41,539 bases of DNA, taken from contig CALAQA010000103.1 of NCBI GenBank assembly GCA_937889065.1, positions 1 through 41,539 on the forward strand, read 5' to 3'. Under the pieces are notes generated by a model. That model did not search any database. It was not told the origin of the DNA and saw only the letters and a list, made by a program, of their open reading frames with translations. Below are positions 1 through 9,228 of this stretch, piece by piece. Numbering within the stretch: position 1 is the first letter of the stretch; each line of letters starts with the position of its first letter. Both the position numbers and the translations under genes were made by a program. This stretch comes from an uncultured Alistipes sp. GTDB taxonomy: Bacteria > Bacteroidota > Bacteroidia > Bacteroidales > Rikenellaceae.

Positions 1-420
1 GAGTTGAAGGGTGTACCCGTGCGTCTGGCAATGGGTGGCCGTGATATGGAGAACGGCACCATCGAGCTGGTACGTCGTGACACGCTCGAGAAGCAGACCA
101 TCTCGCAGGAGGGTTTGGTAGAGCTCATCGAGCAGCTGATGACCGACATCCAGCAGAACATCTACCAGAAGGCGCTCGACTACCGCAACTCGATGATTAC
201 CAAGGTAGATACCTGGGAAGAGTTCAAGCAGGTACTCGACGAGAAGGGCGGTTTCATCTCGGCCCACTGGGATGGCACGGTCGAGACCGAGGTAGCCATC
301 AAGGAGGCCACGAAGGCAACGATTCGTTGTATTCCGCTCGACGTGGAGGACGAGGAGGGCACCTGTATCTTTACGGGCAAGCCTTCGCACCGCCGTGTGC
401 TCTTCGCCCGCAGCTACTAA
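1..420 (+). CDS. proS: Prolyl-tRNA synthetase, C-terminal fragment (5' truncated by window edge)
   Basis: Open frame from base 1: [15 protein letters not shown]...RRDTLEK...[10 protein letters not shown]...TKATIRCIP...C...GKP...VLFARSY, the typical C-terminus of the eukaryote/archaea-like ProRS found in Bacteroidota. Confidence 0.95.
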   Translation, partial: ELKGVPVRLAMGGRDMENGTIELVRRDTLEKQTISQEGLVELIEQLMTDIQQNIYQKALDYRNSMITKVDTWEEFKQVLDEKGGFISAHWDGTVETEVAIKEATKATIRCIPLDVEDEEGTCIFTGKPSHRRVLFARSY

Positions 421-459
421 ACCTAAAACGACTAACCACACCTTAAACTTCGCAATAGT

Positions 460-1296
460 ATGTTACGCAAACTGATCTGCCTGGTCGCTGTTCTGGGGCT
501 GATGATGCCCCTCACGGCCGAGGCCAAGAAGAAGAACGAGGAGCCGAAGCAGCTCACCATCCAAAACCAATGGTTTGGCAAGCGTGTTGCCTACCTGGGT
601 GACTCGATTACCGACGAGCGTCAGACCGCCACACAGAAGGTCTATTGGCAGTATCTGCAAGAGCTGCTGGGCATTGTGCCCACCGTCTATGGTATCAGCG
701 GCAACCAGTGGCACCACATCATTCCCCAGACCGAGCGTCTTATGGCCAAGCAGGGGCAGGAGGTGGATGCCATCTTCATCTTCATCGGCACCAACGACTT
801 CAACGCCTGCGTGCCCTTAGGTGAGTGGTACGAAGAGAAGCCCGTAGAGTTGCAGGTACACGCCGACGGCACCAAGGAGTGGCGTTGGCACCGCACCCCC
901 GTGATGGATGACAGCACGGTGCGTGGTCGCATCAACAAGGCGATGACCTTCCTGAAGGCCAACTACCCCACCAAGCAGATCATCCTGCTCACCCCCATTC
1001 ATCGTGCCATCTTCCGCAGTCGCAACGGCCGTATGCAGCCCGATGAGATGTACTCGAACAAGGTGGGACTCTTCCTCTCGGACTACCTGAAGGTCTATCA
1101 GGAGGTGGCCAACGTATGGGCGGTACCCGTAATCGATCTGAACTCGATTTGCGGCCTCTACCCCGTAATGGATGAGCACGCTCAATACTTCCGCAGCTCG
1201 GAAAACGACCGTCTGCACCCCGATTCGGAGGGTCAGTACCGTATGGCCAAGGCGCTGATGTATCAGCTGCTGGCCCACCCGGCCGACTTTGAGTAA
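460..1296 (+). CDS. Secreted SGNH/GDSL-family hydrolase (probable carbohydrate acetylesterase)
   Basis: N-terminal signal peptide; blocks YLGDSIT (catalytic Ser), YGISG, IGTNDF and DRLHP (Asp/His). The substrate is an inference. Confidence 0.88.
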   Translation: MLRKLICLVAVLGLMMPLTAEAKKKNEEPKQLTIQNQWFGKRVAYLGDSITDERQTATQKVYWQYLQELLGIVPTVYGISGNQWHHIIPQTERLMAKQGQEVDAIFIFIGTNDFNACVPLGEWYEEKPVELQVHADGTKEWRWHRTPVMDDSTVRGRINKAMTFLKANYPTKQIILLTPIHRAIFRSRNGRMQPDEMYSNKVGLFLSDYLKVYQEVANVWAVPVIDLNSICGLYPVMDEHAQYFRSSENDRLHPDSEGQYRMAKALMYQLLAHPADFE

Positions 1297-1325
1297 TAAG
1301 GGGGGGCTATTGTCCTCCAATTAAA

Positions 1326-1434
1326 CCTTTTGGTTGCCGAATGGCAACTGATTTGAAAGGTAAAATCCACCTTTCCAAGCAAGACTTGGAGGTGGATTTT
1401 TACTTTTCAAAGCCACCTTCGGTGGTCCAAAAGG
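1326..1434. repeat. Long imperfect palindrome (~110 bp) between convergent genes
   Basis: CCTTTTGG..GCCGAA..TTTGAAAGGTAAAATCCACCT.TCCAAG-caaga-CTTGGA.GGTGGATTTT.ACTTTTCAAA..TTCGGT..CCAAAAGG; the nested arms pair. Confidence 0.8.
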
Positions 1435-1597
1435 CTACGGCCGAGGGGTTGAGCAACGTCTGACTAAAAAGAAAAAAAATATAGACAATCCCTTCAAACC
1501 TTCCTTTGAAAAGGGAGGCTTAGTCGCTTCGCTCCCGGGTAATACTAATCAATGTCGTTATGCCAATGCTTGACTGATACCATCCCGTATAAGCGAC

Positions 1598-1628
1598 AAA
1601 AGAGGGGAACCTAACCTAGGCTCCCCTC
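1598..1628 (-). terminator. Intrinsic terminator downstream of the sigma factor and small ORF
   Basis: Minus strand reads GAGGGGAGCCTA-ggt-TAGGTTCCCCTC-TTTT. Confidence 0.75.
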
Positions 1629-1647
1629 CCCATCAAAAATTAACCCT

Positions 1648-1794
1648 CTAAATATCCCCTGGACGAAAGAGTTCCGAAAGGTAGTGATGAAGCATATAGA
1701 GCTCGGCATCACCTTGTATAACCTCCCCTAAAAGGAGTTCCTCGTCGTCGGAGATGGCTGAAATTTGTTGTTTCTCATAGTCCATTTCCTCCAT
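1648..1794 (-). CDS. Small acidic hypothetical protein (48 aa), not in the ORF track
   Basis: ATG(1794)..TAG(1648): MEEMDYEKQQISAISDDEELLLGEVIQGDAELYMLHHYLSELFRPGDI; lies between the sigma gene and its terminator. Confidence 0.5.
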   Translation of the reverse strand: MEEMDYEKQQISAISDDEELLLGEVIQGDAELYMLHHYLSELFRPGDI

Positions 1795-1860
1795 AGGCAC
1801 GCATTTTTAAGTATTCTTTGACTTAATAACGCCCCGCGGAGTGGGATTATTGTGTGAGAA

Positions 1861-2445
1861 TTACGACAAAACCATATTTTTTTCTTGAATCATTCGTCGA
1901 AGATTAATCAGGGCATAACGCATACGTCCCAACGCCGTGTTCACACTCACGTCGGTCTGCTCGGCAATCTCCTTGAAGGTAAGGTTGGCGTAGTAGCGCA
2001 GCTTCACCACCTCACGCTGCTCGTCGGGCAACTCCTCAATCAACAGACGCAGTGACTCGGCCGTCTGCTGGCTCATCATCTGATCCTCGATGGTCGGCTC
2101 GGCAAAACGCAGCGTACCCAACACGTTGTAGCCCGAATCGGCCTCGGTGATGGTCTTCTGCTGTTTCTGGTGGCGGAAGTGGTCTATGACTTGATTATGG
2201 GCAATACGCAACACCCACGAGAGGAACTTGCCACTATCCACATAGCGGCCCTCGTCGATGACACGTACAGCTTTAATGAAGGTCTCCTGGAAGATATCCT
2301 CGGCCACATCACGGTCCTTGACAATCATACGGATATAATCTCGTACGCGACGGCTGTGGCGCTCGATAAGCTGCGATATTGCACGCTGATCACCTGCAAG
2401 GTACTGACCGAGCAAAGCACGGTCACTCTGTACTTGTGCGTTCAT
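1861..2445 (-). CDS. ECF-type RNA polymerase sigma-70 factor
   Basis: Region 2 (AEDIFQETFIKA..KFLSWVLRIAHNQVIDHFR) and region 4 HTH (LPDEQREVVKLRYYANLTFKEIAE...NTALGRMRYA). Confidence 0.93.
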   Translation of the reverse strand: MNAQVQSDRALLGQYLAGDQRAISQLIERHSRRVRDYIRMIVKDRDVAEDIFQETFIKAVRVIDEGRYVDSGKFLSWVLRIAHNQVIDHFRHQKQQKTITEADSGYNVLGTLRFAEPTIEDQMMSQQTAESLRLLIEELPDEQREVVKLRYYANLTFKEIAEQTDVSVNTALGRMRYALINLRRMIQEKNMVLS

Positions 2446-2670
2446 ACTCTTTTGTTTATCGTTAGGTTAAAAGAGTAGAGTTTTCTCGATAGGCAATCCT
2501 TTTTTAGTGCAAATGCAGTGAGTAAATCGGTTTCGAAACGACCCTTTTAGGTACATTTCCGAGTGCAAGATAGGCATAATTTTTTATTTTTGCAAATTTT
2601 CTTCTCTTTTTGCCAAACTGCGGGCGCTGTGCCACCTGCAAAACCGATGCCGAAGAGGGGGCCAACGCAC

Positions 2671-2704
2671 AAAAAAAAGAGGGCCTCTCGATTGAGAGAC
2701 CCTC
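2671..2704 (-). terminator. Intrinsic terminator ending capsule unit 2 (after ompA)
   Basis: Minus strand GAGGGTCTCTCAATCGAGAGGCCCTC followed by T8. Confidence 0.85.
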
Positions 2705-2733
2705 CGCAAAACCGCCCCAAAGGGCTCGGTTTA

Positions 2734-3933
2734 TTACTTGTGGATTTCGTAGGTACCGTCGTGCGACTCACCCATAATCACAGCACGGCTCAGTCGAGGA
2801 TCGTCGTAGAACATATTGTCCACACCACCCTTCGATACGATGCGCAGCTGCTCCTCGTTTACACCATACTCCTCGGTGAGGCACTGGTAAACGGCCTTGG
2901 CACGGGCTGCCGACAGCTCCTCGTTGATGCGCTTCGAACCGGTACCCTCGTCAGCATAACCGGCGATGGTGAAGGTTACGTTGGGCTTGTCCGAATCCTT
3001 GATAGCCTTGGCTACCAGACCCAGCGTTACACGACCCTCGTTCGACAGATCGGCCTTACCAATCTCGAAGAGAACGAGTACGGGAGCGATCACCGACGAG
3101 GTCTCAACCTCCTTGATCACCTTCTCAACCACGGGGGCATCCTTCAGCGCCTGGTTCTCGGCACGCAGGGCCTCGAGCTGCTTCTGCAAGGCATCGGCCT
3201 CGGCACGGTTGTTACGGATCACAGTCTTCTCACGATCCCAACCACGCTTCTTGAACTTGTACGAGAAGCCGAACGTGGCGGTCCAAAGACCCTCCTCCTT
3301 ACGGCCACCCTCGTCACCGTCGAACGAGTCCTTTACCATCGTCGTGCGCAGGTCGATGTTGAAATCGAACTTGTCACTCAGACGAATGGCATTGAAGATA
3401 CCGAAGTTGAGGCTTACCTCACGAGCGCGGGGGCTCTCCCAGGTAGCCATCCAGCCCAGACCCAGGTAGGGCGAGCAGTTCCAGGTGCGATCGGCCTTGT
3501 AACCCAGCAGGATGCTCGACATATTGAACAGCACATCAGCGTGGATGTTGTAGAAGTCGAACTGCTGTTCCCACAAGGCATGCTCGGGAACAATGTACTC
3601 ATCTGCTGACACTCGGTGTGCCGAGCCGTGGGTAGCACCCTTAATCGAGAGACCGCTAATCATAGCACGCACACCGATCTGGGGGCTGAACCACTTACCG
3701 AAACCGGCATCCAGAGCCAACGACAGACGGTCACCGAAGTCCATCTGCTTGTTGTGGTCACCGTAGTAAACCTGTGCACCACCACCGATCTGTACAAACC
3801 AGTTGTCCCAGAAATGGTTGGTAACAACCTTATGCTTGTCGGTGCTGTAAACCACCTCCTCCTCGGCGGGAGCCTGAGCGAAGGCGAAGCCGGCCATCAA
3901 AACGAAGGCCAAAAACAAGGCTAATTTCTTCAT
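2734..3933 (-). CDS. OmpA-family outer membrane protein (N-terminal beta-barrel, coiled linker, C-terminal peptidoglycan-binding domain)
   Basis: Real start MKKLALFLAFVLMAGFAFA (signal peptide) at 3933; NHFWDNWF..GG, GKWFSP barrel motifs; VLFEIGKADL, IAGYADEGTGS..N..LS..RA, SRAVI OmpA-C motifs. Confidence 0.92.
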   Translation of the reverse strand: MKKLALFLAFVLMAGFAFAQAPAEEEVVYSTDKHKVVTNHFWDNWFVQIGGGAQVYYGDHNKQMDFGDRLSLALDAGFGKWFSPQIGVRAMISGLSIKGATHGSAHRVSADEYIVPEHALWEQQFDFYNIHADVLFNMSSILLGYKADRTWNCSPYLGLGWMATWESPRAREVSLNFGIFNAIRLSDKFDFNIDLRTTMVKDSFDGDEGGRKEEGLWTATFGFSYKFKKRGWDREKTVIRNNRAEADALQKQLEALRAENQALKDAPVVEKVIKEVETSSVIAPVLVLFEIGKADLSNEGRVTLGLVAKAIKDSDKPNVTFTIAGYADEGTGSKRINEELSAARAKAVYQCLTEEYGVNEEQLRIVSKGGVDNMFYDDPRLSRAVIMGESHDGTYEIHK

Positions 3934-3961
3934 AATTTGTGTGTTTAGTGAATAAATATTT

Positions 3962-6385
3962 TTATTTGTTTGTCTTGCTCTTTTTCGATTTGCCATAGCC
4001 GTAACCATAACTGTAGCCATAGCCATAGCCATAGCCATAACCGTATCCGTAACCATAGCCGTAACCGTAGCCATAACCACGACGGTGCAACTCCGAGCCA
4101 TTGACCACAAGGGCCATATTGTTGAGTTTCTTCTCCTGATAGAGGTCCTCCAACTCGGGCAGCTGACGCTTGTCGAGCTTGCCGGCACGCACCACGAAGA
4201 GGGTCAAATCGGCAATACGGTTCGAGATGGCACCATCGGCAATGATACCGATAGGCACGTTATCGGCCACGATGTAGTCGTAGCTCTTGCGCAGGTGGGC
4301 AATCATCTGATCCAGACGATCCGACATCAGCAGCTCGGCAGGGTTCGGGGCAATCGTACCTGCGGGGATGATGTCCAACCCGTTCTCGTCGTGACGAATC
4401 AGCTCATCGACCGTGATGCTCTCGTCTGCAAGGTAGTTCGTCAGACCCTTGTTGTGGTGACCCAGGTGAGCCGACAGCGTACCCTTACGAATATCCATAT
4501 CGACCACAATCACCCGCTTGCCTGCCTGCAAGAGGCTCATAGCCAGGTTCGAGGCGATGAAGGTCTTACCTGCACTCTCGTTGAACGACGTTAGGGTCAG
4601 CACGTGGCTGCGATGGCCTTCGGCACTCGAAGCACCGCTCTGCACACCACCCAGCAACTTAAAGCGCATATTGGTACGCAGGATACGGAAGGCCTCCGAA
4701 ATAACACCCTCTTTGTCGGTACAGATGGCCAGACCCTGACGGCTCTTTTGGGCCTTCAACACCTCCTTATCGAGGGGAATCTCACCCAGAATGGGTACCG
4801 AAACGGCCGCCTTGATCTCCTTCTTACTGTGCACTCGGGTATCGAGGAACATCACCAAGAGGAAATAGACGCCCGGAATGGCCAGACCCAACAGGAAGCC
4901 CAAAAGCAGAATGCGGTTGCGCGAGGGGGCAATGGGCGACGACGAGCCGCTGGCATCGTCGATAATCTGTGCATTGTTATCGGCCATCGCCTGCGAGAGG
5001 GCATTCTCCTCACGGCGGTTCAAAAGGAAGAGGTAGAGGCTCTCCTTAATCTTCTGCTGACGCTCGATGGAGAGCATATCACGCTCCTTGCGGGGAATCG
5101 ACTGCACACGAGCACGGGCACGACGCTCACGACCCTCGGTATCGGCAATTTTGGCCTCGAGGTTGGCAATCGTGTTGTCGATGGTGCGGATGATGGTCTG
5201 CTTCATAGCACGCAGCGAGCTGTTCAGCTCCAACACCACGGGGTTGCTGTCGCTGCCATCCTCAACGAGGCGGTCACGACGCAGTTTCATCGTGTTGTAC
5301 TGCGAAATCTGCTGCTCGATACCGGCGGCCGAGATACCCGTATTGGCAGGAATCAGCTCGGTCTCCTTCGAGGGGTCGGTGATGTTCTCACGGATGTAGG
5401 TCGCCAGCTGCAACTGCGCCTCCAACTCGATCAGTGCGCTGCTCTGCTTCGACTTCTCGGTCATATACTCGCCCGTAGCCGACTCGATGCTGATCAGGTC
5501 GTTCGAGCTCTTATACGACAACAGATCCGACTCGACCGTACCCAGCTCACGCTCGATAATAATCAGACGGTTGTTGATAAAGTCGGCCGTGTTGATGGCC
5601 ACCTGATTCTTCTCCTCGATCGACCACTCGTTATAGACGGCGATGAGCGAGTGCAACATATCCTCGGCACGGGTGGGCGACAGGTCCTTGATCGAGAGGG
5701 CCAGAATCGAGGCCTCCTCGGTCTCCTGACGGATGCCCAGGTTGGCCAGGTAGTAGGCCACCGTAGCCCCCATCGTGTTCTTCGTCACACGAATCGGGGT
5801 GTCGGCCCAACGGCTGTTCATAAAGTTGGTCGGCGAAACGACCACATTACCTGCGTAGATGGGAATCGTGTCGCCCAACTTGGCCGCAATGCTCTTCTGC
5901 TCCTCCAGCCCCTCGAAATCCGACAGTTCGACCGTCGTCTTATCCTTCAGGCGGACCGTGAAGGCGACACGGTGGTTCTGCATCTCCTCGGGGAAGGTCA
6001 CCGAGATGGGGGCCGAGGTGTAGAGCTCCTTGTCACGCAGACCGTCGGCGATGGTGTAGCTCACGTCCGAGTGGACACGCTTCACCACCTCACGCATCAG
6101 GTTCTTGGTGCGGAAGCGGTAGATCTCACTGGCCACATTGACCTTGTTGATGAATTGGTCGTAGCGCTCCAGACCACCGGCCGAAGAGGTCTTCTGGGCG
6201 GGGTCTTTGATGAATACCGTAGCCGTGCGGAAATAGACAAAGGGCGAGTCGGCGTACTTATACCACGCCAAACCCACGCACAGTGCTATCGAGAGCAGAA
6301 ACCAGGGCCACTTCGAGAGCAGATAGACAAACAGGTCGGTTACGTTGATCTCGTCCTGCTTGTTTGTTTTGTTGTTCGATTGCAT
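3962..6385 (-). CDS. wzc: Polysaccharide co-polymerase / BY tyrosine kinase
   Basis: Two TM segments around a periplasmic coiled-coil; SEAFRILRTN, Walker A (SAGKT), DMDIRK, PNPAELL and a C-terminal Tyr cluster. Start placed at MQSNNK (6385). Confidence 0.95.
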   Translation of the reverse strand: MQSNNKTNKQDEINVTDLFVYLLSKWPWFLLSIALCVGLAWYKYADSPFVYFRTATVFIKDPAQKTSSAGGLERYDQFINKVNVASEIYRFRTKNLMREVVKRVHSDVSYTIADGLRDKELYTSAPISVTFPEEMQNHRVAFTVRLKDKTTVELSDFEGLEEQKSIAAKLGDTIPIYAGNVVVSPTNFMNSRWADTPIRVTKNTMGATVAYYLANLGIRQETEEASILALSIKDLSPTRAEDMLHSLIAVYNEWSIEEKNQVAINTADFINNRLIIIERELGTVESDLLSYKSSNDLISIESATGEYMTEKSKQSSALIELEAQLQLATYIRENITDPSKETELIPANTGISAAGIEQQISQYNTMKLRRDRLVEDGSDSNPVVLELNSSLRAMKQTIIRTIDNTIANLEAKIADTEGRERRARARVQSIPRKERDMLSIERQQKIKESLYLFLLNRREENALSQAMADNNAQIIDDASGSSSPIAPSRNRILLLGFLLGLAIPGVYFLLVMFLDTRVHSKKEIKAAVSVPILGEIPLDKEVLKAQKSRQGLAICTDKEGVISEAFRILRTNMRFKLLGGVQSGASSAEGHRSHVLTLTSFNESAGKTFIASNLAMSLLQAGKRVIVVDMDIRKGTLSAHLGHHNKGLTNYLADESITVDELIRHDENGLDIIPAGTIAPNPAELLMSDRLDQMIAHLRKSYDYIVADNVPIGIIADGAISNRIADLTLFVVRAGKLDKRQLPELEDLYQEKKLNNMALVVNGSELHRRGYGYGYGYGYGYGYGYGYGYGYSYGYGYGKSKKSKTNK
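3992..4078 (-). repeat. (Gly-Tyr) repeat encoding the Wzc tyrosine cluster: (GY)11-SY-(GY)2-G, 14 Tyr
   Basis: Direct translation; mixed codons GGT/GGC/GGA and TAT/TAC. Confidence 0.95.
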
Positions 6386-6417
6386 CGTTATTGTTTCGTT
6401 TCTTCTTTTTTCAGCAA

Positions 6418-7206
6418 TTAGTTGCGGTCGATGTACCACAAAATCGAGGCGGCAGCCGTAGCAAACGACAACACCAGCGTCACATACTGCAGTACACTAT
6501 CCTCCTTGTCCTTCTTGCGGTACTTCGGCACGACATACACCACGTCGTTCTGCTCGAGGTAGAAGGCGGGCGAGTTGAAGATCTCCTTCGAACGCAAATC
6601 GTGCGTGAAGACCTGACGCTCGGCACCCTTCTCACGAATCACCAACACCTGATCCACACGGGCATTGGCACCCAAATCACCCGCCTTGGCCAACGCCTCG
6701 AGGAGCGTGATGCGGTCACCCTCCACCGAATAGACACCGGCACCCGAAGCACCCAGCACCGAGTACTTGAAGTTGAGGAACTCGACCGACACCTGCGGGT
6801 CGTTGATGTAGCCGCCATCGATGATGCGGTTGCGAATCAACTCCGACAGCTGACTCACGGTCAGCCCCTCCACCTGTAACTTACCCAAGATCGGGAAGAC
6901 GATGTTGCCATCCACATCCACACGGTAGCCCTTGTCCGAGACACCGCCACGGGTGGCATCCACACTGCCATCGGCCGAAACCGAAACCAATCCACTCGGA
7001 TTGTTGAACGGCAGGGCCAACTCGGGGCTTTTGCAGGTCACGGTAATGCTCAATCGGTCGTCGCGGTGTACCGTAGCCTCGTGCTTGATGTTAAATTGCT
7101 CTTTCTCACCAACCTTAAGATCCTGCAAATATACGAACTTCTTTGACGAAGCACAAGAAGTCAGCAGGAAAACTGACAGGCAAAACAGTAAAATTTTGTT
7201 ATTCAT
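6418..7206 (-). CDS. wza: Polysaccharide export outer-membrane lipoprotein
   Basis: Lipobox LLTSC; DRLSITV, GYRVDVDGNIVFPILG, ITLLEALAKAGDL, YLEQNDVVYV; adjacent to wzc. Confidence 0.93.
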   Translation of the reverse strand: MNNKILLFCLSVFLLTSCASSKKFVYLQDLKVGEKEQFNIKHEATVHRDDRLSITVTCKSPELALPFNNPSGLVSVSADGSVDATRGGVSDKGYRVDVDGNIVFPILGKLQVEGLTVSQLSELIRNRIIDGGYINDPQVSVEFLNFKYSVLGASGAGVYSVEGDRITLLEALAKAGDLGANARVDQVLVIREKGAERQVFTHDLRSKEIFNSPAFYLEQNDVVYVVPKYRKKDKEDSVLQYVTLVLSFATAAASILWYIDRN

Positions 7207-7230
7207 AGGTCGTTTATGGATTATTTATTC

Positions 7231-8139
7231 TTATTTCTCGTTTTTCAGCCCCGCAAGGCAGCATCGGGCGGCCTCCGCATCGGGTCGGCAGACCAGTTCG
7301 CCCACAGGGGTTTGTTGGCTGATTTGAATCAACAAATCGCACAGCGACTCATAGCAGGCAGTCTCTTGGCGAACGACCGATGCGCCGGGCAGCAGGGCCA
7401 CAAAGGCCTCCAAATCGTTCAATCGCCGAAAGCGATTCTCCGCCCCTTGACGCAGTCGGACAATCCCCCGAGCCGAAACACCCAAATTCTTGTAGCAGTG
7501 GGTCTTTCCGCTCCAAGGCGTACCGTACACCTTCACGTCGTCGCCCTCCAAACGCAGGGTCGGATTGTCGTCATTGAGCAACTCCGCCCCAAACGCCTCG
7601 CCCCAAAGTCGGGCATGGGTACTTTTGCCCGTGCCGCTGCTTCCCAAAAAGAGGTAGCCCGCTTGTTCGAGCATCACCGTCGAGGCGTGCATCGAGACCC
7701 CGCGATGGGCAATCACCGCCACCGAATAGAGGACTCGAATGAGCGACGTAACCGCCTCACGCAGGCGCACATCCCCCCAATCGATGATCGCTTGGGCGTG
7801 GCTGAAATCCGCACTCATCCACATCCGATGCAGTCGGTTCGAGGGGTCAAACGAGGTCTCCACCAAAAAGCCCTCCGTGGCTCGCCACAAGCGCAGGTGG
7901 CCCATATCGTTGTTGTCCTCCTCCAACAGCTCCCCCTTCAACGCCCGCTCCTCGGAGAGGCTATCCACCGCCTCGAAGCGGAAAATCGGGGTTTCTTCGG
8001 CCTCAATCGACCCTTCAAAGGGGCGAAAACTCGGCAGAATCGCATCTACCCGCTCGGCCCAACTGTTCGGGAGCATCAGCTCAAACGGCAGCCCCGCCAC
8101 CCGATAACAAAGGCGTTTTAGGCCCGCAGTTGCCCCCAT
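7231..8139 (-). CDS. HPr-kinase/PEPCK-fold P-loop kinase-like protein (similar in motif layout to lasso-peptide kinases)
   Basis: MHAS, Walker A LFLGSSGTGKST, LLNDD, VYGTPWSGK. Start uncertain (ATG 8139 or 8160). Confidence 0.8.
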   Translation of the reverse strand: MGATAGLKRLCYRVAGLPFELMLPNSWAERVDAILPSFRPFEGSIEAEETPIFRFEAVDSLSEERALKGELLEEDNNDMGHLRLWRATEGFLVETSFDPSNRLHRMWMSADFSHAQAIIDWGDVRLREAVTSLIRVLYSVAVIAHRGVSMHASTVMLEQAGYLFLGSSGTGKSTHARLWGEAFGAELLNDDNPTLRLEGDDVKVYGTPWSGKTHCYKNLGVSARGIVRLRQGAENRFRRLNDLEAFVALLPGASVVRQETACYESLCDLLIQISQQTPVGELVCRPDAEAARCCLAGLKNEK

Positions 8140-9227
8140 AGAAGTTGCCAAATGGTACATACAGCCTCGCCGGGCACATAGCCGAGCGAGAATCGGCTGT
8201 TACGACAAAAAGCCTTAAAGGTATGCCACTTACGATGGATAATGCTGGCCGTCGGGGGGAGGTGATCCTTGGCGTGCTTGCCAAAGTTGCCTCCACGAAA
8301 AACAATCTCGGCCAACGGCTCGGCATCTACGCCTCCACGCTCCTTGTAGGGCAGGTATTGCTCCTCCAAGCCCATCTTCTGACATAGGAAGGCGTGCAGC
8401 AGGGAGCTCCAACGCTCCAGCCCCGCCTTATTATATAAGGTACGTATCTTCTCGCCATCCACCTTGCCACTGAGGCGGTAGTAGGCACGTGCCATATCAC
8501 AAATCTGACGCAATCCGATGCCCAGGCCGATGGCGTGCTTCATAATGTGGGCATTCAGCAACAGCATATTTACCTCGGCCGACGGCACTCGCACCGCCTC
8601 GCTCGGAATCTCGGGCAGGGTCACCGGCTCGGCCTCCATTCCATCCACCACCCCGGCGATGTAGCCCTTCGTGAAGGGGCTTTGCAGGTCGATGAGTTCT
8701 CGGTGGTGCTCCACCTCAATCGACTCCCAGCGATAGACCAAACTGCCATCGGGGGCCGTGCGACACGACTTGCCAAGGCTGCGGGCAATCTCGGCCGCCT
8801 TGTCGGCCTCCCCCTCGCCCAAAAAGCAGAGGTCAATATCGCCGCAGGTGCGCAGCAGCGGCTGCTCGTACATCGTGGCTACCCCCTGCCCCTTTTGCAG
8901 GATGGGATTCAGCCCGTGGCTGCGGTAGATCTGCAACAGCTCGACCAACGTACGGTTGCTCTCGTAGTTGCGCTCCTCGATGCGACCCACCTCGGCCACC
9001 CAGCGGAACAGCAACTCCTCGGGCGGAAAGAAGGGGTGCGGCAGGTAGTCCAGACCTCGGTAGGTGATGCCCACCACCGTCTGCATCGTGGCCAGGGCGA
9101 AGAGTTCGGACCACTCCTCCTCGGTGAGCGGGAAGAGCTCCTCGAAGGGCTCACGACGCTCCCACAATCCCGAGCGAAGCAACATCAAAAGGGCCGAATA
9201 GGCCTTGCCGTACTTCTTGACTGCCAT
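8118..9227 (-). CDS. Uncharacterised nucleotidyltransferase (NTP_transf_5-like)
   Basis: PILQKGQG..Y..P.LR.CGDIDL, VEHH and H...GIGLRQICD motifs typical of this family. Confidence 0.85.
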   Translation of the reverse strand: MAVKKYGKAYSALLMLLRSGLWERREPFEELFPLTEEEWSELFALATMQTVVGITYRGLDYLPHPFFPPEELLFRWVAEVGRIEERNYESNRTLVELLQIYRSHGLNPILQKGQGVATMYEQPLLRTCGDIDLCFLGEGEADKAAEIARSLGKSCRTAPDGSLVYRWESIEVEHHRELIDLQSPFTKGYIAGVVDGMEAEPVTLPEIPSEAVRVPSAEVNMLLLNAHIMKHAIGLGIGLRQICDMARAYYRLSGKVDGEKIRTLYNKAGLERWSSLLHAFLCQKMGLEEQYLPYKERGGVDAEPLAEIVFRGGNFGKHAKDHLPPTASIIHRKWHTFKAFCRNSRFSLGYVPGEAVCTIWQLLWGQLRA

Positions 9228-9228
9228 C

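Noticed and set aside
2560..2600. Promoter for the ECF sigma gene
   Set aside because: The minus strand reads TTTG..TATCTTG, one base short of the TAnnTTTG consensus; plausible but not supportable enough to list.
3992..4078. Tandem repeat considered as a CRISPR array or VNTR element
   Set aside because: A 6-nt coding repeat with no spacers; no cas genes in the window.
3934..4188. N-terminal extension of the OmpA ORF containing MATVTAMAMAMA repeats
   Set aside because: An alternative-frame reading of the wzc GY repeat; the true OmpA signal peptide begins at 3933.
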